A stretch of DNA of 32,000 nt from Zygophlyctis sp. KS116 (GCA_054661495.1 BAAFSQ010000069.1:12234-44233); one strand, 5' to 3'; counted from the first letter of the stretch, positions 1-12,464 are shown. Notes: a model not told the origin generated them from the sequence alone. Made by a program: numbers and translations.

Positions 1-72
1 AACATGCGAATGAGCGCCGGTTCTTTCCAGTCTTGTTAAATCCGAAGACTCGGGCGTCGCAGTGAAATTCAT
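1..72 (-). CDS. RVB2: RuvB-like AAA+ helicase 2, N-terminus only (continues off the left edge)
   Basis: Not in the ORF track. ATG at 72 reads MNFTATPESSDLTRLERTGAHSHV, matching the RUVBL2 N-terminal motif (T)RxERIGAHSHI. Confidence 0.88.
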   Translation of the reverse strand, partial: MNFTATPESSDLTRLERTGAHSHV

Positions 73-271
73 TTGTTCAACCCAGCCCTAATTTGGGAAT
101 TTTAATAACCTAGGACTTTGAACTAGATCTATGATTGTCTATAGCCTTTTATTAAATTACTTTTCTAGAAACATAAATATATTTCTTTTTGACATATAAT
201 TTGATTATTTTAGTAATATCTTTTCAATAAAGACAAGAGACCACCCAAGATGGGAAGTTGGGGAATCTAGG

Positions 272-1670
272 TTAATTTGCAAGTTTAATCTCCACAATAT
301 CTGGATCTTCACCAAAAATGCATTCTACAGCTGAATAATCATCCACTTTGAAAAATACAGAAATCCTATTTGGATGTCTGGAAAAATTGGTAGGCCGCCC
401 AGAAGTACTTTTACGGAAGTCAACAATTGCATAGTCAGCAGCTTCAAGCGCAACATATTTTCCATGAGGAGGCTCAAATCTACTGATATGTTCCCCAACA
501 CCATCTCCATTAACAAGTAATTCGATGCCCCACTGCAATTCACCATTCAAATAAAAGTCTATTTCCCCATTTACTGCCTGATCACTATTTTCAGAATTAA
601 TGTTTCCGCTCTGAAAGAAAAAGCTGCATTATAGTCTTTTCTGAAGGGTTTACGTCTTTTTCCAAATTGTCATTTAGAAAGTCCACAGATCTTCGCAACG
701 CACCAATGAGTCCACAACTTTCCTCTGCTATGAGGGTTTTTAATGTGTCAAATTGCATTTTCTGAGGCAAACCAATTACTGGTGATTCCAGAAACTTTAA
801 AGATTCATTGTAAGAAAGCAAAAAGTCTTTTCTCTCCAGTTTTGGAAGTTCTTCCATTTCAGCGGGACTTGGCGATTTTCCTCCAATCAGAAGATGTGTA
901 GATACAATGACAAATTTCATATTTTCTGGTAGCCATTTCGGAGACACCTTTATCAAATCTTCCCAAAACCCGATGTTATCATACTTTTCTTGAGCGTCAT
1001 CAATCAAAACAATAGTATCATTATGTCTAATTTCGTCCTTCACTGTCTTTTTTTTCAGATCAATTCCATTTGCCATAAACAATTCATTACAAGATGTTCC
1101 ATAAATTTTAAAAGAAATATAGATAATATGTTTATCTGGATAAGATTGCTCATATAATGATAATAATGATGTTTTTCCAGAACCAGCAGGAGAGGTCAAT
1201 CTAACAAACCGATTTCGATCAATCCGTGTCGCCAACTTTAAAACCAACTCAGGTCTTTTCATATGCTCTGTGCTAATGTCGATACTATTTAATTGAATGT
1301 TTGTAGATTTATGCTTCTTGGACATATCGATGAAACTGACAATAAGAGCATCCTTTTTTGACTTTCCAAGACCATCCACAGGTGAATCTTCCTCGAGCGG
1401 CTCTTCCTGTTTGTAAGATTTAAAATCATTTACCTTTTCTTCATTAGAATTTCTCTTATCAAATGATTGCTTGTTCTGAAAGACCAAGAGATCAGAAGGA
1501 CTTATTCCTTTGAGATGGCTGTCAGAGTAATTGACTTTGACAGCATCTCTAAACTGGTCAATATCAGAACCAATGGGAACTGAGACCTTGGTAGCAGTCG
1601 TTCCCTTGTATGGCTTTCCAGTCCCATGGTCATAGAGATGAAACCAAATGCGAGCATTGGAAGTCCAGAT
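272..1670 (-). pseudogene. Crinkler (CRN)-like gene: ubiquitin-like header + P-loop NTPase + restriction-endonuclease-fold C-terminus, with a frame break near 597-630; start codon unresolved
   Basis: Header IWFHLYDHGTGKPYKGTTATKV..DIDQFRDAVK..LLVF..EEPLEEDS; Walker A SPAGSGKTS; Walker B VLIDDAQ; C-terminal GEIDFYLNGELQWGIELL..EHISRF..GKY..YAIVDFR in a different frame. A 27-nt GT-AG intron lies at 1407-1433. Confidence 0.8.
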
Positions 1671-2066
1671 TTGTCTGTAAAAGTCCAATTTCCCCACTTT
1701 CAGCCCAAGAGATTGTCCGCTAAAGTTTTTAGAAATACAATGCAATCCTTTACTAAGAGGCCTGACATTTATAACCAATGCAAGAGTATTTGGCAGTCTA
1801 AAACTATAACTACTGACCAAGATCATTTCAACGCCAAAATTCGCGATTTCGGATCTGCGTCAAGATTAGATCATTGCTTTGTTTATTAATAAATACGATT
1901 TATATTCTCTGCAAAAAGAACAAATTTAAGCATTAGCATTAGATAGTCTTAAAGTTTAGCGTCAAGAAGAGAGTGTTATGAGGAGAGTGAGACAGAGAGT
2001 CTGGGTTTAATTCAGCATAAACCAAAGGCCTAAACTTGTAATTTGATCTGAATTCCTTTGATTTTT

Positions 2067-5000
2067 ATGTCTAGAGAAGCATCATTACTGGCAATATTAA
2101 CTTCAGGAAAGCCCGCCGTCACACATGGACCAGAGGCAAGAGGGAATAGACTGGGTCCGGGCCCAATCAAAATAACTCCGAGCGCCACATCAGGTTTGGT
2201 CTCTTCTGGATCGTTTGAAAGTCAGCAAATTACAATAATTTCTTCTAAATGCGAATATAAAATAGGACGGACGATTCAGGTCTCAAAAGATATTTTGGTC
2301 TATGGTATGAGAGGAGGGAAATTGAGAGTAATTGGATTAGCAAACGGTGAAACAGTGCTTTTACGGGAACATACTCAAACGCTATTGGATCTCAGTCTGG
2401 TGAATAACTTTTTGGCTACGACAAGTTTAGATGATACTTTTAGAGTTTGGAGAATTGATACGGTAGATTCTACAATTTCTACAAATTTGCTGCTCACGAT
2501 TCATGGTTATAAGACATCAAATGAGGTTGAAGCAACTTTTGGTTATTTAAACTGGCATCCAGTTCTGGAAAATGTGATTGCAATCACTACGTCTTTAAAG
2601 CAAGTCTGGATTTTTGACTTGAATGAAATTTGGAAAGATGAGCCACAAGGGAAATTATTGGATTTATCTGATTATCTATTGCAGGATATTGTTGGATTGA
2701 AGCGTATTGAACTTACAGAAGTAGGTTTAGTAATTTTATGTTTAGAATTTATCTCTGGTTTCTTGGTCTCCAGATGGAACAGTACTTTCTGTTGCGGGGA
2801 CATCAGGACATGTTTATTCTTATAATTCATGTGATTCCTATAAATTACTATCAAAATGTGCACCTTTTGGAGGTCAGTGGGTATTATTTTTTTAATCTTA
2901 AAAAAGGCGGTAGATTCATTGTTATTTGTTGATAGTTCTACAGCTATTCTTGGCTCGGATATGAATGTCTCTATTGTTTTGATGAATTTAGCAACAGGAA
3001 CTAAATATCATCATTTAAGTTTTGATAATCCTGGGACTGAAAAGGTTTTATTCAATGTTCCTGCGTTACATTTGGATTCCCAGACGCTGATACTAGGTTC
3101 AAGTATTTGTCCTTCGCTTTATAGTTTTCACTATAATATTCCAGCTGTTAAGAGCGATTTTGTGAATATGTCAAGTGCAGATATTTTTGAGTCAAAGGCA
3201 AACGTTTATTTGAATGATTCGCTTCGTTTTGGTACCGTTTTTTGAAAAATGGCTAATATTTTAGATTTTGGAATTCAATTTCCAGTTTCAGATGAAGTTT
3301 TAAGTCTTACAGCTGTTACAGACACAGAATCCTCATTGACAAGGAAAACCTCTGTATACTGTTTCCAGACATCAAATATTCAGAGGATGACGTTTGAGTC
3401 TAAAATTTCTAATCCCACTGATAGAGCATCATTGCCCTTGTATGAAATTCCATTGATTTCCAATACGGGAAACATTGTACCCGTAGAATCAACGGTAGCT
3501 TCTGAAAACGTGGTAGTGAATGAAAAAAGTTCTGTACCGCCCAATGGTTTCAAAATTTTGAAAAGAGATCCCGCTTCCAATAAGCCGAAAATGGGTACTC
3601 CTACGGTGATAACAGATGTTCCAGCTGCTACCTCACTTAGATCCGGAGTAGATGTTTTGAATATGCTTGTTCAGAATTCAGCAGAAATTGGTGATTCAAA
3701 TGAATCCTTCACTACTTATAGTACTCCTTTAACTTCTGTTGCTCCATTAGCTTCTGAAGATGTTTCCAAGACTGAAAAACCAAAGAAAATGAAAAAAGAA
3801 AATGTTGCCAAAATTAAAACGAATGTAGTGGAGTCTTCTAATGAAACCAGTGAAAAGAAGGGGGAAATTTCAAAAACTGCAGATAAAAGCATGATTGCCA
3901 TTACACTTGCGTTGAAAGAGATGGAATTGCGGCTAACTAAAAAGATTGAAGAAGAGTCTGCAGCACGAAAGATTTCCAAGGATCTTCATCAGATCTTATC
4001 TACAAGTGTACAGGAAAATCTTGCCAATATCTTCCCAATTGAGTTTAAAACGGTAGTTGCCTCTTCATTAGCAGAAATTATGGATAAGGAGATGAAAAAT
4101 GTACAATTTTTAAGAGTAATTTATAGGTGACCAAAAAAATGACATCAGACATTCATAAAGAGCTATCTCAAAAAAGCTTTGTATCATCACTTTCATCTAA
4201 CATTTCCTCTACACTTGTACCTGCTTTTGAAAAATCTGTGCGTGATTCATTCCACGACTCATTGATTCCTAAAATAGAAAAGGGCGTATCTGCAATGCTG
4301 GCTCAAATCCATGAAGTTCTAGATCAAGGTATCCGTGAGTTACTTCGATCTCAGAGCACTTCCTTTGAGAAATCTCAGCAGCCTATTTTAGAAAAATTGC
4401 AGTCAGATATAGATTCTATCGGCTCTTCTTTAAAGCAGTCATTATCTGCTTCTACTTTGGAAGGATTCTTTAGTCCTGGAGGTGTTTTCCAGTCGAATTT
4501 AACCTCGACATTGTCAAAAGAAATTAAAAAAGCTCTTTCAAGTCCTCCCCGACAAGACTCTATTAGCCGTCAAATATCTACGCATTCTATAATGTCTCCA
4601 TTTGATACCAAGGAAATTGATCTCAAGGCAGAAATAGATCGAGATGTAGAAAATGGTGCATATGAAAAGGCTTTTACTACAGCTTTAGGATCTACTGATT
4701 TATCAAATGTACTTGTAAGATTTTATTATAATAATTACAGTATTTGTGTCAGTCTGTTGACCCGAAGGTTATATTTAAGGGAAGTAAAGTAATGGTATCT
4801 CAAGCTAGTAAGACCTTCAATTTCTAATTTTAGTAATTTTATCTCTGATGCACCAAATTTCTTTAGATCTAGTTAAAAACACTGGACTTAAACTCTCTTG
4901 GCTCCAAGAATGTGCGATTAATCTTGTTCGCAGTGATCCTATAATTAGCGAACATGTCCCAAAGATTCTTGGAACCGTTCATAAAAGACTTCAAGATTTT

Positions 5001-5075
5001 CTAAACAGATTGGATGATCCTAATGCACCACATTTTAGAACAGCGAAAATGTTGCTCCTGATGACGTTTGCATAA
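2067..5075 (+). CDS. EDC4: Enhancer of mRNA decapping 4 (Ge-1/Pdc1/VARICOSE-like): WD40 + low-complexity linker + helical C-terminus
   Basis: Joined across introns 2721-2745, 2881-2906, 3232-3264, 4101-4126, 4715-4740 and 4808-4833. WD motifs (LATTSLDDTFRVW, LNWHP, SWSPDG); Ge-1-type C-terminus YEKAFTTALGSTDLSNVL..SQAIILSLMHQISLDL..KLSWLQECAINL..DPIISEHVPKIL. Confidence 0.85.
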
Positions 5076-5076
5076 A

Positions 5077-7090
5077 ATGTTTTGGAAAATTCCGCTTGAT
5101 GAGATAAAGTATTCTATGGATATGCTTATTTTAGGACAATTGAAATATTGCTCAAGGGGCATTTGGCGAATGATGTTTTTGTTGATTTTGTTTCCACTTT
5201 GAGTGTGCTGACTGATGCATTGAAGACTCCAATGAATTTTGAGTAATCGAAGGCCGATTATTCTAAAACATAGATATTTCATAAATCAAAAGATGCATTT
5301 CATACTGTTAAACATTCTAACTCTACGGCCTGAATTGCAACTGATCTTGCTGGAATTCTTTAGTCTTGAATGGGAATTCAACTCTAGCGCATTCATCAAA
5401 GACGATTTCTTGAATAACTTGCTTCAGGTAAAATGGAACTTGAAATCAGAAGATATTTCATACACTTTTCTCTCATTACTCAAACGTATCTCTGTTGGAC
5501 TCACTCCAGATATCCTGCTTATATTGTTTGATCCGGACTCGCCTGATTTTCCAATTTATAGCACTGCATTAAAGTTTTGGAAGCACCCAGATCCACTCAA
5601 CAGAACTAGTTGCTATACAATACTCTTAAATATTTTCAAGTTTGCAGATAATGAGCTTTTGGAATTCTTGCTGGACAAGAAGGCTGCAACAAAGCATTTT
5701 ATTAAAGGACTTACAAAGAAAGTTAAAAGTATTTCCTATTCAAATCTGGAAGATATCGATGGGATTTTGTATTTCTTAAAGGAACTATTATTGTTGAAAA
5801 AACAAGATTTATCGGATTCTGTTCGAGAATTGTTATTCAATACAATCATTGATAAAATATTTGTTGATGGATTTAAAAATAATGGTGAAGAGGAAGTCGC
5901 TTGGTCACTGATTATAATTGGGAAACTAATTGATATTTTGGAAGATCAAGTTGTTACTATTGGGATTTGTAATCGTTTATTTGGAAATTATGAATTATCT
6001 GTAGTCACGGATTCCAAATTGAATTTCTCAAAAAAATGGATAGATTTTCTAAAAAGGTCTCAAGGTTTTAATGTCTTAATCTCATATTCCTATGTTTTAC
6101 ATCTAGTTTGGTTGCATGGGTCTATTTTAGAATCTGTAAATTTAGAATCTTTTAGAGAATATCTTCACATTTTTATTCAAAGAGCATTTAGGGATAGTTA
6201 TACTCCAACAATTGTGCTTTTGGTTTGTTTCAATATGTCAATTGCCATTCAGGATTTTACGGCCGTCACAGTAACTAGAAATTTATAATTCATAGAAAAT
6301 CATTCAAGATAATAATGAAGCTGTAAAATTCATGATTGAAAGGGATGTTGTCAAGATGATGAGTTTACAAAGACTCTTCATCAATTCATACCGTCAATCA
6401 AAGAATTTTACAGCTTCAGCATTATTTGGCTCAAATAAAATTTGGATGAATACGAATTCTGAACCATCAAGTGATCAGTTGGATATAATGATTTTTGAAA
6501 GATGGCTAGTTTCAAACCAACTTTTATCTCCAAATTCTTTTGAAGCACTCGAGGCAATAATGGATCAAACTTTTGAAGGAGACTCGATAGATTTTCGTAT
6601 TTGAATATTTTATAATATCTGTAGGAAAGAAAAATGTCTGTCCTTGTCTAGTAGAGCTTTCAGGAGGCTACGCAAATACTTATTTCGTATTTGATAATGA
6701 TGACTTTATATTAGCGGATGCAGAGTAAATATTAAATATCTGAAATTATAGCCCTTTTCAGCTTGGGAAGGCTGTTATTAGAAAAAGAATCCCCTGGACG
6801 TCGACCGAGGTATTTTATTATTATTGAAGAATGGTTAGCTGACAGAAATTACGGATGAACCTTCATTCAAAATATCAAAAATATCTGTTGAGTATTCAAC
6901 GGTCCAGGCATATTTACGAACTTTTGAATGTTTTAAACGTGATCAAAACTGTGTATGGCGAGCAAAAGTCACTCTGGCTAAATCATCTACATCTGTAGAA
7001 CTGCAAAACAAAATTGTTCAAGCTCAAAAAGACGGATTTGATTTGATGAAATCAAAATTATTGTTATTTTTTAAGCTTATAGATCTATGA
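5077..7090 (+). CDS. CLEC16A/TT9 (FPL-domain) family protein
   Basis: ATG 5077 plus six 25-31 nt GT-AG introns gives a continuous frame: FEYFINQKMHFILLNIL, YTFLSLLKRISVGL..FPIYSTALKFWKHPDPLNRTSCYTILLNIFK (CLEC16A-type FPLY..AIKFFNH.ESMVR..LN). Stop TGA at 7088-7090. Confidence 0.75.
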
Positions 7091-9464
7091 AAACAACTTA
7101 ATTTCAGAATCTGCACCACAAGTAAATATCCATGGTTGAATAGGATGAAATTCATATGCCAATGCACCTTAAATTAAAACACTGAAATTATTACCTAAAT
7201 TATCTTCCATACGATGTGCTTGCAAGGATTTAACAGGAACAAGCAAAGGATTTCGCTCAAGATCGCTGTAGACCATACCGTGGAATAAGTTGACACTTCC
7301 ATCGTCGCTGGAGGAAGCAAAAAGAGGATATCTTTTATGGAATGCCACATCACGAATAGCCATTTTATGATATCTATTAAATAAGTTAGTCAAAGTTACC
7401 GTAGTGTTTTGTATGGCTTAGTCGATAAATCAGTATCAAACCAGCAAAGGCGTTTATCATAGCTTCCAATGATTATATTGTCCCCTATCAATTAAACATA
7501 CGTTGACAATTACCACCAGGATGAATATCAATAGAAGAAATCCATTTTACTCCAGATTGTAGCTTTTTAATCATCTCTTGCTTCATTAAATTATAGATTC
7601 GAACACTTTGTTGGGTGGCAACAAAGAATAATGGTTTGTTTGGATGGAATAAAACTCGCTGAATCAAACCCTTCAGCTTATTGAAAGGAGCTTGAGACTT
7701 GCCTTTCGACAACTGATGAACCAATGCAGCAGCGCCTGTACCTAAAAATATTATACAAGAAATAAAAATTTACCTTCTGTACAAACAGATGCAAAATAAT
7801 CCCCTTTCCTGTGCCAACAAAGATAGGAAGGCGACTATAAATTATTAGAATTTTAAAAAAAGCCTCAGAATGAATTATTTTCCGCATTGAATAACTAAAA
7901 TAGTGATTCTGAGCATTGCAGAATTCAAAAAGCATCACTGGCAAAAAATCACTTACCTGTTTCAATTCTACCTTGAGCAAGTGTCCATTTGATTTTTCAA
8001 TTGCAGATGGTTTAAGCCAAGTGCAACTCTTACTAGATGCCAATTCTATGATTTTTAGCTTGATATATCATACCTGAAGTCCACAAACTATCAATAAAAG
8101 CGCTCGTTGAATTTTTTACTGACTCATTACAAACTTCAGTTGCCATAATGTGTATATAGTTTCCACTGTATTTAAAACAATAAGACATTACCTCGCGACA
8201 GCCAAAACTGAAATATTCTTGTTTGGATTCCAAGCAACAAAGTTGACAGAATCTTCAAAAGTCCATTTTTTCACACAATATCCTGTACTAACTTCCCAAA
8301 TTCTCAGGGACTTGTCTTCTGATGCAGAAGCCAACCATAATCCAGTAGGATCTACTGAGATGCTACGGACTCTGCCAGTGTGCCCCTTATAGACGATTGC
8401 CAATGAAGATGGGAAAGGTTGCAAATCTTTTGGGCTGGGTAATTTCGGAATCAAAGATTCTGGATCAATATTGATCTATTTTTTTAAAATAATTGAAACA
8501 AACCTTATTCTTTTTCATTCTTGGGCATAAATAAAGATCCAAGCATCTTTGGAACCTCTCTTGTATAAATTGATCATACCCAGACACAGATCGTAAATTT
8601 GGAAACCTATGATTAACCACTTTAAAAGCATACTTTTTAGGAATAAAGTTAAATGGCCTATCTTGAGGATCTAAATCTTTCCATTCTTGTAACTCTTCAG
8701 GATTTAAAAGATATTCTGCTGGAGGATTATAAGACTCATTGTGATCTAAAATCTTAGCAGGATAATAAGTCATACCAGGAAGAGGTAATTTAGGAGCCGG
8801 AATATGCATTGGATGCTCTTTAATTTCTTCATCATTTTCATTCCATATTGCGAAATTTCTCTCCTTTTCCAATACTGGTGCCATTGTTATCCAACCCTTC
8901 TTTATTGCACCCGCAATCTTCATAATTTTCTTTGCCTCCATTTTTGAAGGAATAAATCTGGATTTTGGTTCCGTTACATTAATTAATGGATGGATTTCAA
9001 CTTTGCTAGTAAACCATTCAACAGTTGGCTAATTGTAAGATAAAATATTAAATTACCTGATAAGGATCAAAGTCTGCATCGGGAAATTCATTCTTCATTA
9101 TCCGCTTCATAATTTCTGCCTGCTCTTTAGTTAATGCAACATTTTTCTTTTCGACATCATCAAAAACTGTTCTTTGAGATTCAGGATCATCCATTGAAGC
9201 CAAAAACTCTTCCAGCTCATCGCCCTTAGCAGGCTTCAGAATTCGTTTCCCATCTACATCATACCCAATGTGAGGATAATCTTTGTACCATTCAAGTGGC
9301 ACATTCCCTACAGTATTGATCACAGATTCATCAGAAGAGTCTGATGCATAATCCGGCTCAATCATTGGAAGATCTTTTCTTCTGTAAACTTTAATATGAT
9401 CATCGGTGATGTCAAATGATGGATCTGTCTCTGCATTGAAGTTTGGAGCAAGTGTCGGTGGCAT
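7085..9464 (-). CDS. ERB1: Ribosome biogenesis protein Erb1/BOP1 (PeBoW complex)
   Basis: [73 protein letters not shown] and WD40 repeats to [14 protein letters not shown]. Eleven introns; stop TAG at 7087-7085. Confidence 0.97.
7862..7942 (-). ncRNA. Intronic box C/D snoRNA, predicted guide for 5.8S rRNA Gm75 (functionally like SNORD96)
   Basis: Inside the 122-nt ERB1 intron 7835-7956: terminal stem GCC/GGC, box C GTGATGC, guide TGAATTCTGCAAT (complement of fungal 5.8S ATTGCAGAATTCA), D' CTCA, C'-like ATGCGGA, box D CTGA. Confidence 0.85.
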
Positions 9465-9551
9465 TTTTTTCTAACTAAGCAAATTTTGCCGCAAAGAGCA
9501 AAAAGACCTTGAACTCACTTGCTAATCAGTGCCTAAAGATTAAATAATAAT

Positions 9552-9575
9552 TCTAAATCTAAATCTAAATCTAGA
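9552..9575. repeat. Short hexamer tandem repeat (TCTAAA)3TCTAGA in the ERB1/FAM135 divergent spacer
   Basis: Directly visible in the sequence. Confidence 0.8.
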
Positions 9576-9674
9576 TCAAAAATCAGCAATGAATCACTGA
9601 TCAGACAAGATCACTCTGCGCGAAAGAAATCTCCGTTATTTTGTTTTAATATTACACTTGTCCAATAGCCAAAA

Positions 9675-12464
9675 ATGAATTTGGAATCAGATATTCCTAA
9701 GAAATCAATATATTTTCTTTTGCAATTTGGAGATTTTGTTAATCATGATATATATCAAAAAGGGTAATATTTTGTCCGAACTCAATAAAGACTCTATAAT
9801 ATATCGGTTAGATTATTTACAAGAGATCCAACACATAAACATCCTGTAAGGATTGATGGCATTCCGATCGAATTGATTGATAGAGACCAAGGTAATCAAT
9901 ATATCTGATCAATTTGTAGAAGATTCAAGTATCGGACATCAAATGATGAAAAGAAAAAAGTGTAGCATTGATCATTCAAGATGCTCATGGAAATGTTCTC
10001 TAGAGGATAAAGATAATCAAGGAAATGATATTTATATATCTAGGAATTTTGAAATTTTATATCATGGAGATAGAGTATCTTTAAATTCAGGAGCAATATT
10101 TCAAATATCTGTGGATGATGTATCGGAGCCTAAAGCTGGAATAGATGCTTCAAATCCAGAATGTGATTATCAAGATATTCATTTGGAGTTTTCTTTGGGG
10201 TTTTCTAGTGATTACGAGTAAGATATTTCGGATTTAAGTTAGATCTGGAACTTTATCAGATTTGATACCAGTACAGACAAGAATCATAAGAATGCAGAAC
10301 ATTATTCTATCCAATGCGCTAAGTAAACCAAATATTCTACAGTATCACAGTTTGGAATTTAGTGGCATATATTTTTCAACCGTAGATGTAATACTTTCAC
10401 AGGCTACACTGGGATATAATCTTTCCAGATCAGCGAAAATTGATACTTCAACAATCCCAGCATTTTCTAAGAAAAGTGTTTGGTCTTGGATCACAAAGAA
10501 ATTGGGCTGGAATAATGCAATAGAGCCAAAAAATGAAGATGTTCAAGGAAAGAATGAAGATAATCGAGGGAAATCTGAGAAAGAGCCTTGTCGGTTAAGC
10601 GAATTCCCAATCCCAGTATTAAGGCTTGAAAATAGTCTTGATCATCTTATTACTCTACAACATTTGATATATCAGATGGTTTTTGAGTTAAGAATGTATT
10701 CTGATCAGGTAATGAGCACGTCTTACGTGTACGAGCACATTTACAAGGCGCTCAATCAATCTGAAATCCAGTTTGATCCAGGGAAAGAGATTAACATTGC
10801 TATTCGTCAAGAAATATATACAGAAATATTTCAAATGATCAAGAATTGGATGAAAGATTGCTATGATTCAAAAGAAGCGTTAAGAAAGATCGAGGATATT
10901 ATTCAATGTTTCTCAAATCTAGTACGTTTTTAAATCGGCTGATTCTATAGATTCAAAAATTATGGCGATCATTTGTTTCAGAAGTGGCAATTCTAAGTTC
11001 TGAGAAAATTAGCGCTCTAAGAAGTACTTGGAGTCGAATTCGTAATGCTCGGACATGCGAATATATCGTAAAAAAAGATGATCTTCCTATGCGAAAGATG
11101 TTGGATCAGTAATTAGTACTATATTTATGATTAGCGTTGAAAAACTGGTTCAGAGTAAATTCCCATTTAGTGCGATTATTGAAGAGACTACACACACATC
11201 TCCGATAATTATGGAATTGTCTAAAATTACAGACTCTAGTTCAATAATGGTCAAGAATCAAACCCGCTTATCAAGATCAAATTCAAAATCTATTAAAGAT
11301 CCAGATATAGCGACTGATTCACTTCAAGTCTCATCCATGAATATGAGAAGCCATAGTTATATCAGAGATGAACGCGAAAGTACCAGAGGCATGTTATCTC
11401 GAAGCACTTTTGATGATCAGGCATCATTTATTTATCCAATCAATCACAGATACTTGTTTGATATAGAAATGAATATTTCGAATTTATTTGAAGGTCCCAA
11501 AAGCTGTCATTTGATTGTATTTGTTCACGGACTATTGGGTAATTTTCAGGAATTTAATGATCAGGATCTTCATTTGATTTTAGACAATACAAAAACTGTT
11601 TAGAGAAAAATCTTTATTTACTTGGGGTGCAGGATCATCAAAAAGTATTTTTAATTTCTAGGAGCAATGAAGGAGAATCACTGGATGATCTCAATAAACA
11701 AGGACATCGTCTAGCAACAGAAGTCATTGATTTCATTAATGAGGGAAACTTGAATGTTGATCATATTAGTTTTGTTTGTCATTCACTCGGCGGACTTGTT
11801 GCGCGGTAATCAAATCACAATAATTCTTAGAATTGCTTTAACATCTAATTTATTGGGACCATTCAAAAACAAATTCTTTGAATTCGTTACTTTTGGATCA
11901 CCACATTTATCATTGATAAATCTGTCTCATACAATTCTAAACTCTTTTCTTGGAATTTATCAAACTATATCTAAATCACGATGCATTGATCAACTTCATT
12001 TAAAAGATTCTATCGATCCAAGACAATCTTTATTATACAAATTATCACAAGACACTTGCTTATCTTATTTTAAACATGTTAGACTTTATGGATCGGTAGC
12101 TGACCGTTACGTACCATTAAGTTCAACCTTGGTAATTCCAGAGGGAGCCGCCGAATCTAACAAGTCTCTAAACACTATAAAATACCGACAATCTCTACCA
12201 TCAATCCCTTCATCACATTATCCTGCAAACAAGTCTCCAAATCTTATCTATGAAGAAATGTTGGAGAATTTATCTAGCAAAATTGAAAATTCCGGCTGTT
12301 TAGAGAAATTCGAAATATGTTTCAGACCAGAGCATCAAGACTTTCTCGGCAGGAGAGCACATTTATCTCTTGTCCAAGATTCAGATGTTCTTGAAAGAGT
12401 TTTGATTGCAAATCGTTTCCACCTTTGCCCAGCTCCTGCCCAAGGCCTCGAAAATGCAACTTAA
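9675..12464 (+). CDS. FAM135-like protein with C-terminal DUF676 putative lipase (alpha/beta hydrolase)
   Basis: N-terminus FGDFVNHDIYQKGLYNI (FAM135 FYNVDLFQRG), ISRNFEILY; lipase motifs HLIVFVHGLLGSSFD, ISFVCHSLGGLVAR, FVTFGSPHL, DRYVPLSS, FLGRRAHL. Seven GT-AG introns. Confidence 0.85.

Noticed and set aside
1-100. GC-rich stretch with apparent stems (AGTCTT/AAGACT), possible ncRNA
   Set aside because: Explained by the RVB2 coding sequence on the minus strand.
1977-2052. ATGAGGA...CTGA, possible C/D snoRNA upstream of EDC4
   Set aside because: Imperfect box C, weak terminal stem and no recognisable rRNA-antisense guide; GTGAGACAG is rRNA-sense and only 9 nt.
9583-9616. Minus-strand TGAT/CTGA boxes in the ERB1 promoter
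   Set aside because: Boxes are too close together to hold guide sequences.
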